Source: an uncultured virus (IMG/VR IMGVR_UViG_3300032086_001957)
Taxonomy: Duplodnaviria > Heunggongvirae > Uroviricota > Caudoviricetes
DNA length: 64,000 nt
IMG/VR virus record: IMGVR_UViG_3300032086_001957
Strand: one strand, 5' to 3'
The notes under the pieces were generated by a model, which was given only the letters and a program-made list of their open reading frames with translations, did not search any database and was not told where the DNA came from. Numbering within the stretch: the stretch's first letter is position 1; each line of letters begins with the position of its first letter. Below, piece after piece: positions 36,490 through 46,773 of the stretch. A program made the position numbers and the translations under genes.

Positions 36490-37428
36490 TTATTTATGTT
36501 TACTTTCATCTTTAGGATTAACTTCAATGTTAGACATTGGTTTTCCTGTCATAGTTTTTCCTTTTAACAGTTTTCCTTTTTTTTCATTTTCATCTTCTTC
36601 ATCATCATTTTCTTCTTTTTTTGCAGCTTCTATCCACATATTACGAATTGTATCTTTTAGTGATACACTTTCTTGTGCGATTGCTTTAGATACTGTTTTT
36701 CTTCTTTTGTGTAGATATTCATCAGAATCATCAACATCTCCATCATTGTCAATGTCTTTGTCTTTTCTATCTTTAAATTTTTTCTTTAATGCTTTAGGTT
36801 GTACTTTATCTAAACCATCACCATCATCAGAAACATCATTAGTGTTATCTTCTGCAACTTCATAACCTTTTTTCTTGTAAGAAGCTAAATCTTTTTTGTC
36901 AATTACAATTACATTATTGTTCTTAACAACCATAACTTCTTTTTTAGGGTCTTTCAATTGTCTTGGTTGTTCATCAATCTGTTCTACCATCTTGTAATAT
37001 TTTTTAGCAATTGCATCTCTTTCTTTTTGATCTTTAGGATCAATAGAACCTGCTTTGTCATGTCTTTTGTTGATGTCTTGAATTTTCTTCACTTCTTTTG
37101 GAGTTCCAAAAGACTTTGCAAGTTTTAATGCAAGTTCACCATGTTGGTTGTTTTTCTCTAAATCAGCAACTTCTTTTTTAGAAATCTTTGCTTCTGTTAT
37201 GTGATAACCCTTATTATCACAATGGTCACAACCTTTACCTTCACATTCTGGACACTCTACTTTACCTTCTAAAAATTCTTCGACATCATATTCTTTGTCA
37301 CCAATTTTAAAAGTTTTTTCACCATTTTTCTTTGCCATTTTAGCAGCATAGATAAAGTTGTTTTCTTTTGTAACAGCCTTAACAATAGCTTCTTCAAGAC
37401 TGCCTTTTTTAGTATTAAGATATTTCAT
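36490..37428 (-). CDS. Probable head-internal modular protein
   Basis: CPECEGKGCDHC finger, DIDNDGDVDDSD motif, ITE/IDE junctions. Confidence 0.6.
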   Translation of the reverse strand: MKYLNTKKGSLEEAIVKAVTKENNFIYAAKMAKKNGEKTFKIGDKEYDVEEFLEGKVECPECEGKGCDHCDNKGYHITEAKISKKEVADLEKNNQHGELALKLAKSFGTPKEVKKIQDINKRHDKAGSIDPKDQKERDAIAKKYYKMVEQIDEQPRQLKDPKKEVMVVKNNNVIVIDKKDLASYKKKGYEVAEDNTNDVSDDGDGLDKVQPKALKKKFKDRKDKDIDNDGDVDDSDEYLHKRRKTVSKAIAQESVSLKDTIRNMWIEAAKKEENDDEEDENEKKGKLLKGKTMTGKPMSNIEVNPKDESKHK

Positions 37429-37437
37429 CTTGTTCTC

Positions 37438-37845
37438 CTAGTCTAATTTTCCGCCAGCCGAAACATAAGCAGCTATTGCCATTTTCTTTTTTTCTTCTGG
37501 TGTTTTGTTATCGAATTGTGGTGCATCAGATTTTTGAAAGTCAGATATCCATGCACCAAGTCCATCTGATACTTTTAATTTCTCTTGCACATCACCTTTA
37601 CCATAAGCATAAAGTGTTTTTAAGTAATCATGTGCTTTTGTTAGTTTGTTTTGAAACCATTCTTCCATATCACCAGTTTCTTTAACTCTGGATTCTATAC
37701 CTTGTAAAAAATGTTGCATTGCACTAACTTGTCTTACTGCCATGGAAACTTCTTCTTCTCCACCAGTATCTGTTGCATCAATAGCTTCTTGTTTTTTCTT
37801 TACTTCTAGTAAAGTTTCTGCCATTGTTTTTGTGTATCTAGTCAT
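37438..37845 (-). CDS. Probable head-internal protein
   Basis: MEEWFQNKL.KA.DY; WISDFQKSDAPQF..K....K.MAIAAY. Confidence 0.6.
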   Translation of the reverse strand: MTRYTKTMAETLLEVKKKQEAIDATDTGGEEEVSMAVRQVSAMQHFLQGIESRVKETGDMEEWFQNKLTKAHDYLKTLYAYGKGDVQEKLKVSDGLGAWISDFQKSDAPQFDNKTPEEKKKMAIAAYVSAGGKLD

Positions 37846-38119
37846 TTTCTTTTTCCCAAATTTTAAGTTTTAAATCAGTAGTTCCTTTTAACAATCTATG
37901 AAACTGATATGCTTTGACTTGATATAAATTTTCTTTAACGAGCTCGATAGGGTCTTGATCTTCTTTTTGCAGACTCCAACCTTCTCCTTCAAGAACAATA
38001 ATATCTCTGTCTTTTTTATCTCTATGCCAGACAAGATCATATTCACTACAAGTTTGTTTAAATGTTCTAATGAAATAATCGTTCTCTGGTTTTTTATCAT
38101 CTTTGTATATCTCTACCAA
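37838..38119 (-). CDS. Cupin-like hypothetical protein
   Basis: LVWHRD..DR, GW..Q, FHRL.KG. Confidence 0.6.
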   Translation of the reverse strand: MVEIYKDDKKPENDYFIRTFKQTCSEYDLVWHRDKKDRDIIVLEGEGWSLQKEDQDPIELVKENLYQVKAYQFHRLLKGTTDLKLKIWEKEND

Positions 38120-40506
38120 AAAAAGTTTCCTCCTCCAGATAAACCTAATTGTTTTGCATATCTTGGTAATCTACACGCCCAATATGATGCAGAAGTTTTG
38201 TCTGTTCTAGTATCACACTTATGTCTAGCTGCAAAACTCTTTCTTGCTTCAGGGTCGTTTAATTTAACTTTAAGTCCTGTTGTATCACCCCAAGTAACTT
38301 TTTTAACATTACCTGTTGATGGGTCTTTCACATAAACATAATATTTTTTAGGGCCACCCCTTTTAGGTTTATTTAATTCAACATCATCTTCTTCAAACAT
38401 TGGTGTATCTAATGCAACATTTTTACCTTCATATTCTGCATATTCACCAATATCACCCTCTAATAGTTCAATGTCAAATTTGTTATCTACTTTTAATTTA
38501 TTTTCTTTGTATAGTTTTTTCTTTTCTAAAAAGTATTCAAAATACTTTTGAGAACCAACTCTGTAAATATTTGATTCAATTAAATCAGATTCTTGTTCGC
38601 AATCTTCACAACATGATGAACGAAACTCTGTAAATGATTTTACTGATTGACCAGGCGTATCTTTTTTATATTTGTTTGCAAGTTTAGTAGTTCCAAAATC
38701 ACCTGCACCACCTTCTTCATATTTGTCTGATTTCTTTTTTGTCCCATCACTTCTTTTAATTAAACCTTTTGCTTTTAAATGTGCAATGTCAGTAAATCCT
38801 GCTTTACCAGACTTATATCTTTTCATTGCATCAGCAGTATTTGGTGGTGATTCATTTACTTGTTCACTCTTACCTTTATGTTGTTTCCATAAATCTGCAT
38901 CACCAGTTGTACGAGTTTTACCACCAGTTATAAAAGAATTAACTCTTGCATGACCCCATTGTTGTGGAGTAGTGCCTGGTCTGTGACCTGTTCTCCAAGC
39001 CGCAACACCACGATTGTAAACTTTCTTTAATATTGAGAAAGATATTCCAGATTTTTCTGCTTTCTTCTTTAATGAGGAATCAGCAGATTCTTTATACAAA
39101 TCAGGAAACTTCTTTTTCATCGCTTGTGTATATTTTGATGGTTTAGTTTTTGCACCCTTATCACCTGGCGCTGGTTTATATGCACTTGGGTCATCATCAG
39201 ACTTTTCTGCACCTTTTTTGAAATGTGCATCTCTTTTGTCTTTTGTAGACTTTGACATCTCATCACCATCAGCATCTTTTGCATAATACTTTGCAGGTTG
39301 TGTTCCATCTTTATCTTTTATATCTTTATCTTGTTTTACATTCTTTTCACCTACTGGAACACAATTAGGAACTTTCTTTCCATTCTTATCTTTCATTCCA
39401 ACTTGTTTGTAACCAGGCCAACAATCTTCTTTTAGTTGTATTTCAAATAACCATTTCTTATGTGTTGTTCCATCTTCTTCTGCAAATACAAGATAGTTTG
39501 TTCCTCTACGAATTATCTCACCACAAACTCCAGTATAAACATCTTCAACTATATCACCAATGTTAAAGATTTTATTTTCTAAATACATATCTCTTATAAC
39601 ATCTTCTTCAGTTAGTGTAGGTGAAATCTTATTAAATGATTCTATGACTTTCATATACTTACGAATGTCTTTAAACATTTTTTGTGCATGACCAAATGTT
39701 TTTGGTAATCCAGATTTAAATGTTTCAAAATCATTTGATAAAGCTGCACCTCTCATTTTAGATGCAGACATACCTTTTACACCATCTGCATCAGGGTCTC
39801 TATCACCAGCAGAAGTTATAGTAATAGTTTTGAAATGATAAAATCCATGTCTACCTTGTACATCATTATACTTGGTTAATATTTTATGAAACTCTCTAAT
39901 TCTATCTGAACCTACAACCATTTCTATGTCAGTAAATCCTTTATTGTATAAAGATACTGCAATGTCAAATACATTCTTTTCTGTTCCTGCAATAATTTTC
40001 TTTGCGTGTTTTGGAAACATACTTCTCATATATGCAATCTTTAAAGATTGTGGTAATGGGTCTTTCTTTGTATTCTGTGAATGAGATGGATAAATGAAAT
40101 AAGAATTACTACCTGCAACTTTAGAAACTTTATCAATAAGTTTTTCATGACCTATTGTTGGTGGATTAAATCTACCAAAAGTAAACACAGCAGTTTTCTT
40201 TTTTTCTTCTCTTAAATCTTTAAATGTTTTTAGAACAACTTCTTCTTTATATTCTAAACCTTCATTTTTCATTTTTTGTAAATGTTTTTCGTAGTTTTTA
40301 ACCAATTCTCTTTCTATATCACGAACTTCGTTATCAATGTATTTTGCTTGATTTTTCTTATTTGGAATCTTCATTGCAAAATCAACCATCTTCTGTAACT
40401 TTTTTTGTAATGATGCACCTTGAGTTTTTACAAACGCATCATAGTCTTTTGTTTTAGGATGATTTTGTTGAAATCTTTGTATGGCTCGGTCTTTTGTTAC
40501 CTTCAT
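38113..40506 (-). CDS. HIGH-family nucleotidyltransferase (cytidylyltransferase-like) fused to multiple small modules
   Basis: TFGRFNPPTIGHEKL, VVGSDR, SAG.RDPD, MSASKMR; C-terminal CWPGY, GVAAWRTGHRPG and ARKSFAARHKC modules. Confidence 0.85.
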   Translation of the reverse strand: MKVTKDRAIQRFQQNHPKTKDYDAFVKTQGASLQKKLQKMVDFAMKIPNKKNQAKYIDNEVRDIERELVKNYEKHLQKMKNEGLEYKEEVVLKTFKDLREEKKKTAVFTFGRFNPPTIGHEKLIDKVSKVAGSNSYFIYPSHSQNTKKDPLPQSLKIAYMRSMFPKHAKKIIAGTEKNVFDIAVSLYNKGFTDIEMVVGSDRIREFHKILTKYNDVQGRHGFYHFKTITITSAGDRDPDADGVKGMSASKMRGAALSNDFETFKSGLPKTFGHAQKMFKDIRKYMKVIESFNKISPTLTEEDVIRDMYLENKIFNIGDIVEDVYTGVCGEIIRRGTNYLVFAEEDGTTHKKWLFEIQLKEDCWPGYKQVGMKDKNGKKVPNCVPVGEKNVKQDKDIKDKDGTQPAKYYAKDADGDEMSKSTKDKRDAHFKKGAEKSDDDPSAYKPAPGDKGAKTKPSKYTQAMKKKFPDLYKESADSSLKKKAEKSGISFSILKKVYNRGVAAWRTGHRPGTTPQQWGHARVNSFITGGKTRTTGDADLWKQHKGKSEQVNESPPNTADAMKRYKSGKAGFTDIAHLKAKGLIKRSDGTKKKSDKYEEGGAGDFGTTKLANKYKKDTPGQSVKSFTEFRSSCCEDCEQESDLIESNIYRVGSQKYFEYFLEKKKLYKENKLKVDNKFDIELLEGDIGEYAEYEGKNVALDTPMFEEDDVELNKPKRGGPKKYYVYVKDPSTGNVKKVTWGDTTGLKVKLNDPEARKSFAARHKCDTRTDKTSASYWACRLPRYAKQLGLSGGGNFFW

Positions 40507-40901
40507 TTTTTATCACTCAAATTTTGTTTGTAAGTTTTTAATCTTTGTATTTCTTTTTGTCTTACTACTCTTAATAACTTCTTTGCAACTTTTTGTATAA
40601 ATGCACCTTTAGTTGCAAGAATTCTGTTATCAAATGTAACTCTTTTTGATGCAGGCATTTGTGCATAATTCTTTGCAGACACACCACCAAACTTTTTGAT
40701 CGCTAACATTTTTGCTTGTTTTCTTGCTCTTCTCATTAACTTTTCAGGTGTTGCCATCTTACTACGAAGTCTTTTTAGTTTAGCTTGAAATGCAGATGAT
40801 CTTGCCATTCTTCCCATACGAATACCTACTTTTCGTCTTTGTGCAAAACTCATTGCTTTCTTTTCTGGTAGTGATTGCATCAATTCTTTAAAAGTTTTCA
40901 T
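40503..40901 (-). CDS. Highly basic protein with capsid-targeting-like N-terminus
   Basis: MKTFKELM; QRRK...M.R, L.RRARK.A. Confidence 0.65.
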   Translation of the reverse strand: MKTFKELMQSLPEKKAMSFAQRRKVGIRMGRMARSSAFQAKLKRLRSKMATPEKLMRRARKQAKMLAIKKFGGVSAKNYAQMPASKRVTFDNRILATKGAFIQKVAKKLLRVVRQKEIQRLKTYKQNLSDKK

Positions 40902-42149
40902 TTACTTATCCCAATTTTTTATTGCTGTAAAGTTATTAAAACTAAATTCCATTCTGTCAACAAGTTTAACTGCATTTCCTTTTACTCTATCAATTGCAAC
41001 ATAACCTTCTGGATTTGTTACTTTGTATCCATTTGCAGTTTTGATAAATGTATCTGTTAACTGTCTAACATTATTTAGTTTCTTCACTACAGCCATTTTT
41101 GCATTGACAATGTGATTCTGAAAATCTACAATGTTTGATAAATTAACTGTATGTTTTTTTAATTCTCTTAATACTTCTGTCTTTTTAACTTTTACTTTTT
41201 CTTTACTTTTATCTGTCTTTAATTTATTCATCTGTTTATCAAATGCATTTTCAACCCACTTTAAATAACCTTGTGCGTGTTTCTTTGCATCTGATACTGG
41301 TTTACCTTCTCTTACTTTTGAATTGTTATATGTTTTTAAACCTGCACTTGCATACACACCAGTAAATGTATTTTGTAAATTTAAAAAACTCTTTAACAAT
41401 GACGAATTAATTTTTCTAAAAGTTTTACCTGCATTTGATAAATGTTTTGTTACAATTGCAGTTTCTTTTTCAGTCATTGTTGCTTTACCTGAAACATCTT
41501 TATAAGTTGCATCATCAGTCCATACTGAAGATACTTTATTTAAATTAGATACATCTGCACCAAATGAAGCTTTCATATCTTGTAGTGCATCACCTGTGTA
41601 AGTTGTATGCCATACAACACCAACTTTTGCATTTTTAATTTGTTTGCCTAAATCAGAATCTACTGGAACTGCATAAACAATTGTATTAGGTTGAAATGTA
41701 TAATAATTTGTTCCATCTATATTTTCTGTATTAATATCATCTGATGTAAACATTAAGTCACCTTGCAAAACACCTTTAATATTAAGTTTAGAAAATTCTG
41801 CAAGTGCAACTTTAAATTTGTCATTAAGTTGTCCAGATAAATCTGCATCAATCTCTGCAACTGATTTATAAAGTTTAGGATTAATATTAAATACAGATTT
41901 CTTTGCAACAAAAAATTTATTATCTTCAGGATCAATACCAGCAAATATTGCTGGAGCACCATCCCATTTTACAGTCATGTTAATTGATGAACGACTAGAA
42001 CCTGCTAACATATCTCTTAATGATTGAACAAAATTAATTGCAGCTCTACCACCATCAACACCATAGTTTAGAATCTCATCTTCGATATGTTCGAGATGTA
42101 AATTCTTACCACCTTTATCTTCTTTTAAAAATGTACTAAACCTTATCAT
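40902..42149 (-). CDS. DUF6267-like protein, ATP-dependent ligase/nucleotidyltransferase fold
   Basis: NLHLEHIED, TVKWDGAPA (KxDG), QGDLMF, FQPNTI.Y, PEGYV, KLVDR.EFS. Confidence 0.7.
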   Translation of the reverse strand: MIRFSTFLKEDKGGKNLHLEHIEDEILNYGVDGGRAAINFVQSLRDMLAGSSRSSINMTVKWDGAPAIFAGIDPEDNKFFVAKKSVFNINPKLYKSVAEIDADLSGQLNDKFKVALAEFSKLNIKGVLQGDLMFTSDDINTENIDGTNYYTFQPNTIVYAVPVDSDLGKQIKNAKVGVVWHTTYTGDALQDMKASFGADVSNLNKVSSVWTDDATYKDVSGKATMTEKETAIVTKHLSNAGKTFRKINSSLLKSFLNLQNTFTGVYASAGLKTYNNSKVREGKPVSDAKKHAQGYLKWVENAFDKQMNKLKTDKSKEKVKVKKTEVLRELKKHTVNLSNIVDFQNHIVNAKMAVVKKLNNVRQLTDTFIKTANGYKVTNPEGYVAIDRVKGNAVKLVDRMEFSFNNFTAIKNWDK

Positions 42150-43453
42150 TTCTTTTTCAATCCATTATACTTTACTGCTAAACTAAATTGACCTAATTTT
42201 TTAACACCTGCATGACCAGGCTTGTTTGTTCTGATAGACATTTTCATAGTCATAACATCTTCACCAGATTTTAATTCAATAAACCATTCTTGTTTTGAAG
42301 ATTTTGAAGTATACGCTTTTACAAATTTAACTTGTGGTAAAAACACACCTAACGCATCTTTATCTTTTACTTCTTCATAGTTTAATCCTACTGCTTTAAT
42401 AACAAGTGTAGGAACATCAGGTGCATCACGAAGCACTTCTGATTTAATGTAATTTAAAGAACTGGTTCTATCTTTATTAAATAAATTAATAATACCTTTT
42501 CTCATAATTTCTAGATATTCATTATAAAGAGTTTCATATTGTCTATTATTCTTTTTATCTAAATCTCTTAAAACTTGTTGAGTTGTTTTAACATCTTTTT
42601 TTCTGAAATCGTTAAATGATGGAATACCTTTTATTTTTGAATAAACTTTTGTGTATGCAGTTTTGAAAAGTTTTTCTAATACATTTTGTGAATTGAATTT
42701 TTCAAATACTTTTGATGTATATGTGTTAAGTTGTGGTTCTGAAGTTTTCTTACCACCAGCTTTTAAACTTACACCTAACATTAATTTATCTTTAAATTCA
42801 ATAAAAATATCGCCTGGGTGATTTGATGGAACGCCTGGTGGTTTAACTCTATAACCCCAATAAACATTTTTTATTGGTTTATCTTTATTTGTATCTTTTA
42901 GGTATTGGTGTATTGCGATTGCGTTTTCCATCTTCTCTTTATACTTTGAAGATGAATCTGCTTTGTTGATAGTGTCTTGTGCGGCTGATACATCTTTTGC
43001 ACCAACACACTTTAATTTTGTAATGTCAACATCATGGAGGTATTCCATGAAACTGTCTACATCTTTAGGATTGTATTTCTTTTCAAAGGCTATTGCAGGA
43101 AATAATTCTGTGATTGAAGCATTGAGTGTGGTTTCATTCATTCCACCAGATGGTGGTTTAACTGATATTGTAAATTTTCTACCATCATGTGTACCAACTA
43201 TTGGGTCTACACTTGAATTACTAGAAACTCTCTTTGCATCATCAACATTAGATTGTTTAACTCGTCTTAATATTTCTTCTGCATCATTTTCTCTATCACC
43301 AGATTTTACAATATAAACATCTCTTTGTGTATTACTTAATTTTTCTGATTTTGAAAACTCGAAACCTGAAAGAACATCATCAGGGAAGTTTTCTTCTTTT
43401 TCTTCTGATATTTGTGATAGGCCGTTCCTAATGAACTGCAAGAAAGTTTTCAT
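42146..43453 (-). CDS. Putative PD-(D/E)XK nuclease with capsid-targeting-like N-terminus
   Basis: MKTFLQFI; TE.FP; PGDIFIEF....GVSLKAG. Confidence 0.55.
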   Translation of the reverse strand: MKTFLQFIRNGLSQISEEKEENFPDDVLSGFEFSKSEKLSNTQRDVYIVKSGDRENDAEEILRRVKQSNVDDAKRVSSNSSVDPIVGTHDGRKFTISVKPPSGGMNETTLNASITELFPAIAFEKKYNPKDVDSFMEYLHDVDITKLKCVGAKDVSAAQDTINKADSSSKYKEKMENAIAIHQYLKDTNKDKPIKNVYWGYRVKPPGVPSNHPGDIFIEFKDKLMLGVSLKAGGKKTSEPQLNTYTSKVFEKFNSQNVLEKLFKTAYTKVYSKIKGIPSFNDFRKKDVKTTQQVLRDLDKKNNRQYETLYNEYLEIMRKGIINLFNKDRTSSLNYIKSEVLRDAPDVPTLVIKAVGLNYEEVKDKDALGVFLPQVKFVKAYTSKSSKQEWFIELKSGEDVMTMKMSIRTNKPGHAGVKKLGQFSLAVKYNGLKKK

Positions 43454-43491
43454 TTTTTACACCTTTTCCATTTATACAAATTATTATAAAC

Positions 43492-43525
43492 TATTTATAA
43501 TAACAGTATCTTTGAAAGATGTCAA
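43492..43525 (-). promoter_or_regulatory. Composite sigma70/gp55 promoter heading the head-protein cluster
   Basis: TTGACA-17-TATTATAAATA. Confidence 0.7.
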
Positions 43526-44907
43526 ACTTTAATATCAGAGAATTTTTCGTAACTTCTAGACTTGTCAAATAGAGGTTTATCGTCATCTTGACCGTTATCT
43601 ATGATATCTTCTTGTGCTTCTTGTTCACAGTCATAGAGTTTCATTTTACCTCTATCAACACCAATAACGAATCTTTTGTTCATATTAGGGTCATTATAAC
43701 GATTCTTTAACTGTTTTACCATTATTTGATTAAGTTTTTCGAGCTCTTCAGTAGAAATAAGTGCAAACATGAAATCAGCCGTAGCAGGTAGAGCAAAAGA
43801 TTCTGATGTATCTTCCATTCCAATGTCGCTGTTTGAATACCCCCCTCTAGTTGTTTGTGTCGCAGAAACAATCGGTAGATTATTCTCAACTGCCAACCCT
43901 CGAAGTTCCTCTGCAATCGCTTTAATATAAAAGTAACTACCCACATTTGCATTTCCTTTAAATCTTGATGATGCACAGATATTTAAATAATCAACAAATA
44001 TAATATCTGGTTTGAATGATCTTTTTAGTGCAAGTTCTTTAATCAATGCACGAAAATGACCAGCATGAGCAGATGCAGTTGGATATTCTTTAATGATTAA
44101 TTTACCATTTGTTTTAGATTGTATCTTTGTCAATCTATCTTCAAACATCTTTTTAGGTAACTGTCGTAACTCATCCATAGTTACATTCATTAAGTTTGCA
44201 TCAATCCTTTCTGCAATCTTTTCTTCAGCCATCTCTAATGTTATATATAAAACATTTTTACCTTGCATTAATAATGTAGATGCAAAATGACACATGAATA
44301 ATGATTTACCAACACCTGTACCTGCAAGTGCAACATTTAATGTTTTTTGTGGTAAACCACCTTTAGTTATTTTGTTGAAATAATCTAAATCAAATTCTAT
44401 CTTTTCTTCTTTCTTATGATAGAACTCATATCTATCTTCACCATCATCAACATAATCATGACCAATATGTTGGTCAAATGCAACTGCAAGTGCATCAGAT
44501 AAAACATCTGGTATTGCATCTATCTTTTTTTGTTTATCTTTACCATCAATAATTTTGATAGATTCTAAAACTGCATTGTAAACAGCTTTCTCTTTACAAA
44601 ACTTTTCTGTTGTTTCAACTAACCAATTTAAATCAACTTCTGCATCAGATAATGTTTCAACAACTTCTAAAACTTTTTTAAACTCATCATCATTTAAATC
44701 TTTTCTTTTATCAAGTTCAATTGATAATGCTTGTTTAGTTGGTCTGTTGTTAAACTTTTCTACAAACTTTGAAATTTCTTCAAAGACAATTCTCTCTTGT
44801 CTATCAGAAAAATATTCTGATTTTAAAAATGGTAAAACTTTTCTTGTGTAGTTTTCATTATAAACTAAATTACTTAATGTCGTTCTCTCTATTGTCGGTG
44901 TTGACAT
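43522..44907 (-). CDS. gp41: Replicative helicase gp41
   Basis: AGTGVGKS, YITLEMAEE.IAERIDAN, VDYLNIC, SATQT.R, QLKNRY. Confidence 0.97.
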   Translation of the reverse strand: MSTPTIERTTLSNLVYNENYTRKVLPFLKSEYFSDRQERIVFEEISKFVEKFNNRPTKQALSIELDKRKDLNDDEFKKVLEVVETLSDAEVDLNWLVETTEKFCKEKAVYNAVLESIKIIDGKDKQKKIDAIPDVLSDALAVAFDQHIGHDYVDDGEDRYEFYHKKEEKIEFDLDYFNKITKGGLPQKTLNVALAGTGVGKSLFMCHFASTLLMQGKNVLYITLEMAEEKIAERIDANLMNVTMDELRQLPKKMFEDRLTKIQSKTNGKLIIKEYPTASAHAGHFRALIKELALKRSFKPDIIFVDYLNICASSRFKGNANVGSYFYIKAIAEELRGLAVENNLPIVSATQTTRGGYSNSDIGMEDTSESFALPATADFMFALISTEELEKLNQIMVKQLKNRYNDPNMNKRFVIGVDRGKMKLYDCEQEAQEDIIDNGQDDDKPLFDKSRSYEKFSDIKV

Positions 44908-45196
44908 ATTCCATACTTCCTTCTTCAATTTGTTTGTCCATGATATCAACTAGGATATCCCCTATTAAATTAAAAAAATCTTCTTGCATATCTTCTTTTG
45001 ATAAACCATTTGAATCTAATATATCCCATTCAAACTTTAACGGCATATTACCATTTTCATCTTCATCTGCAAATGATACTTTTCCATAACGATAAACAAC
45101 ACCTTGGTATTTACCTGCATCTTTTGTCAAGCCTATTCCTGTCCAAGTTTGTTTTTCATTTACAACATATGTGTACTTACTACTAATATCAGACAT
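44870..45196 (-). CDS. Conserved protein at the gp40 position
   Basis: G.Y.GVVY.YGKV, L.FE..I, IGDILV; between uvsX and gp41. Confidence 0.6.
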   Translation of the reverse strand: MSDISSKYTYVVNEKQTWTGIGLTKDAGKYQGVVYRYGKVSFADEDENGNMPLKFEWDILDSNGLSKEDMQEDFFNLIGDILVDIMDKQIEEGSMEYVNTDNRENDIK

Positions 45197-45749
45197 AATG
45201 TAAATAACTTCCTATAATATATTTTGGTTCTTTGACTGGTTTGATTCCTGTATGAACATGAGTCCATAATGGTGGAAACATTAATAGTTTTCCAGTTACA
45301 GGTTGAACAGACATTCTATAATTTGGAAAATATGTATGTCCATGTTCATTGTCAGATAGATAAACAAAGAAAACTAAAAATCTTCTTGCACTTTCATAAT
45401 CACCTACATCAACATGATAATCAAACATATCTTTATTGTTAGGTAAATATCTTTTCATACGAAACATTTCAAATGCAAACTTTTCTGGAAATACTTTGTA
45501 TGAAAGCAAATCACAATCTTTTGAATATGTTTCTATATATGAAAAAAATACTTTCTGAAGCTTCTCACAATACTTTTTCCAATTTTCATGATGTTGTAAT
45601 GTGATTTGTTTAAATGACATTTGATCTTCAAAAACAACATTTTCTTGTTGTGTTGGATTGTTTTCAAAATGTTCAATTAACTCTTTACATAAAGATGTTT
45701 CGATAACATTATCATAAACTCTTATATATGAATCACTCAACTTCTGCAA
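45189..45749 (-). CDS. Prolyl-4-hydroxylase-like 2OG-Fe(II) oxygenase
   Basis: FDYHVD, RFL.FF.YL, FPP.WTH.H.G, KYI..SY. Confidence 0.9.
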   Translation of the reverse strand: MQKLSDSYIRVYDNVIETSLCKELIEHFENNPTQQENVVFEDQMSFKQITLQHHENWKKYCEKLQKVFFSYIETYSKDCDLLSYKVFPEKFAFEMFRMKRYLPNNKDMFDYHVDVGDYESARRFLVFFVYLSDNEHGHTYFPNYRMSVQPVTGKLLMFPPLWTHVHTGIKPVKEPKYIIGSYLHYV

Positions 45750-46773
45750 CCTCTACTTGATTACCATACTTGAATTCTTTTTTACAAGCATCTTCTAATT
45801 GATTCATAATATCTTCTGTAAAATACTTTTCAGGTTCTTTGTTGATTTGTTTACCAAATGCTTTAGTACCATCAGGTAATTCATATCTTGTTGATACTTT
45901 CTTTATTATACCATACTTTTCTGCTAAGTCAAGTAAACCATAATATCTATCTAAACCTTTATCATATGACAATCTAACATCTACCATTTTGTTTTCTATT
46001 GTCAATCTAGATTTATGATTCTTACAATGAATAATGTTACCTACAACTTCTGTACCATCTTTCTCTTTTCTTTTTGAAAGATAAACAATAGATGAAGCTG
46101 CATACTTTAATCCAGAGCCTCCACCCATTTCCTTGCTAGCGTACATACTTCCAATAACATCATATGTGTGATTTGTAATTACCATTGGTAATTTTGCACG
46201 ACCTAATTTTAAAGTGATAACTCTAAATGTTGCTTTTAACACCTGAGCTCTCGTCATATCCTTTGTAGCTGATCCAGCTGAAGAATCTTCTAGCTCTTTA
46301 GAGGTGCTTAACATCCCTAATGAATCAAGACATAACATCATTTTCTTTCTATCTGATTCAGGTGTTTCAAGATACTTATTTAAAACTCGAAGCACTTCTG
46401 TTCTAAATTCTTGAACAGTTGTTACAGGAAGAATAATCATTCTCTTTGGATCAATACCTCTATCAATAACCATTTGTTTTGTTATTGCACTTTCTGATTC
46501 AAAATATAAAACTCCTGCATCTGGATTTTCATCAAGGAACGACTTAACCATGCCCATCAAGAAAAAGGTTTTGCCTGTCGCAGATTCGCCGGCAAGTGCC
46601 GTGATTTTATTTGAAGGTAATCCACCATGAATACTTCCAGACAATAAACCATTTAATACATAAGAACCTGTATCAATAAAACTATCTACATCACCTGCTT
46701 CTACTCCATCTTCTACAATTGAAGCATATTCATTACCTGAAGCCTTCAACATATCTTTTAAAAAATTACTCAT
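45733..46773 (-). CDS. uvsX: RecA-like recombinase UvsX
   Basis: [36 protein letters not shown]. Confidence 0.96.
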   Translation of the reverse strand: MSNFLKDMLKASGNEYASIVEDGVEAGDVDSFIDTGSYVLNGLLSGSIHGGLPSNKITALAGESATGKTFFLMGMVKSFLDENPDAGVLYFESESAITKQMVIDRGIDPKRMIILPVTTVQEFRTEVLRVLNKYLETPESDRKKMMLCLDSLGMLSTSKELEDSSAGSATKDMTRAQVLKATFRVITLKLGRAKLPMVITNHTYDVIGSMYASKEMGGGSGLKYAASSIVYLSKRKEKDGTEVVGNIIHCKNHKSRLTIENKMVDVRLSYDKGLDRYYGLLDLAEKYGIIKKVSTRYELPDGTKAFGKQINKEPEKYFTEDIMNQLEDACKKEFKYGNQVEVAEVE

